A DNA stretch of 64,000 bases from Chara braunii. Lineage: Eukaryota > Plantae > Charophyceae. Positions within the stretch are counted from its first letter, which is position 1. Each line of letters starts with the position of its first letter. The notes beneath the pieces are model-generated. The model made no database searches, was not told the DNA's origin, and saw nothing but the letters and a program-made list of their open reading frames with translations. Of this stretch, positions 62,673 through 64,000 are shown piece after piece. The stretch is taken from NCBI GenBank assembly GCA_003427395.1, contig BFEA01000024.1, forward strand, positions 337,989 to 401,988. Reading direction: 5' to 3'. The position numbers and the translations under genes were made by a program.

Positions 62673-63289
62673 CTGTTGTTGTTATTACGCTTCTCACACA
62701 TGACAATAGCCCCCTCCTCCGACCGAATGCAATCCTCGTCGCCCGCAAACAAACACTCCTCCAGTTTGCCGCCAGTTCCCTGCCCCTCCTCAGGCTTCCC
62801 ACGACGAATCACCACCTCCTCAATACGGAAAGCAGCCGGGATGGAAGTGTGATCTGCTTCATACAAATAATCCGGCGACAAACGCAGCACCTGCCCCTCC
62901 CCAGGTCCCGCGCCCCGCAGCCGTTCCCAAAGTTCGACGAAGATTCCCTTCACTTTCCCCAATACTTCAGTACAACCCCCCAACTCCTCCATCACCAGTG
63001 CTTTTTCGATGGCACCCAACCGTTGGAAAGGAAGGTTTTCCCGGAGCTCCTCCTCCCAACCACTGAACAGCTCCTCACCCTCCTCCAGAAGGTCCGCTGA
63101 TAGATTTTGTTGATGATGAATAAGCACCGCGTAGATGTCCTCCATCTGTTGCCTATACATTCGCACCATCTCCAGCGCGGCCCCCTCCTCTCCAAGAATG
63201 GCAGCAGCAACAGCATCCTGCATGGACACCGCCTCCATCGCCAACTGCGTTGTGGATGTCGTCATAGTTGAGGCCGTTGTTGTCATCAA
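62069..63289 (-). CDS. Hypothetical 406-aa acidic/helical protein with poly-Asn tract, probably TE-associated
   Basis: Long open frame with an amphipathic helical N-half and (AAC)n at ~62598-62685; no recognisable domain. Confidence 0.4.
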
Positions 63290-64000
63290 TTTTACTGTCG
63301 TTATATCTTATTATGCTGTCAAAACCACTCCCCAATCAGCCGCGCCACGTCTTTAATCAAAACTTAATTCCATCACGCTGACGTGCCGTCTCCTCGAGCT
63401 GCCACGTGGAAAATCCCCCACCTACGTCCAGGCCGAAGCACCACCAGGACGACCAAGTACAGTGGTGACACGACATCTCCACCCCTGCACCAGTCTACGG
63501 AGTACGGCCGGGCCTTGCCGGCCGGTCCGCAGCGCAAGTTAGCGCTAGCAGCGCGGTCGCTCTAGACTTTGTTAAGGTACAGGGAGTCCGGCGCATCTAC
63601 CCGCCATCCTGTCCTTAGGGTCGTTTCACATTTTTTCTTTCTTGCACATTCTTCAAACGTGCAAAATTTTGGGTGAGAGTGCAACGAAATCCAGTATCCA
63701 ATAACATCAACCTTTTGTAGTAAGGGTGTACACTGTTTTCAAGCACATCAGACTCCCCAGGTGCATCTGGTATCCAACCACCCTAAATTGTGTTTCAGTT
63801 CAAGTTGAGTTTCTTTCCATTTCGCAATTTGTACTTGAGTGACCTAAGAAGTCATTTGGCCTGTCTGGTAAGGGCCAGTTTTTAGGAAGTGGTCATCGAG
63901 TGTTGTCAACCGGGGATCCCCAGGGGCCGAGCCGGACTGGGGGTTTGAACCCCGGAACCCCGACGTGGGGATCCTTGACCCCGCCCCCGTCCCCGCCCCT

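Noticed and set aside
62291-63100. 269-aa Val-rich plus-strand ORF
   Set aside because: Antisense shadow of the (AAC)n-containing minus-strand ORF.

Overview
This is a repeat-dense eukaryotic nuclear window with two assembly gaps (14001-14083, 53821-54811). The plant-type U6 sequence, tRNA-iMet and tRNA-Asp primer sites, chromoviral Ty3/Gypsy elements and AG/AC/AT microsatellites point to a green plant; a charophyte such as Chara is a guess. Three degenerate Ty3/Gypsy LTR retrotransposons dominate. Element 1 (<1-8056) is a chromovirus with a clear -1 frameshift signal between gag and pol. Element 2 (19758->53820) is a second chromovirus whose integrase is split by element 3. Element 3 (26572-52450) is a giant 25.9-kb non-chromoviral Gypsy element with ~7-kb LTRs, a 4-bp TSD (ACGC) and a tRNA-Asp-like PBS. 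The main novel observation is that element 3 carries an array of highly diverged paralogous accessory genes of one unrecognised family. One copy lies inside each LTR, at least four lie in tandem between PBS and gag, and more degraded copies probably lie in the LTR. Their shared N-terminal core loosely resembles a dsRNA-binding-domain pattern, so they are candidate silencing-suppressor cargo (hypothesis). Element 3 also has decayed antisense ORFs and repeated PPT-like hairpins after pol. Also present: three hAT-type MITEs, a tRNA-derived SINE, a LINE ORF1 fragment, a polyadenylated U6 retro-pseudogene split by a MITE, probable exons of a minus-strand host gene, and several local duplications. 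All alignments and identities were made by eye.
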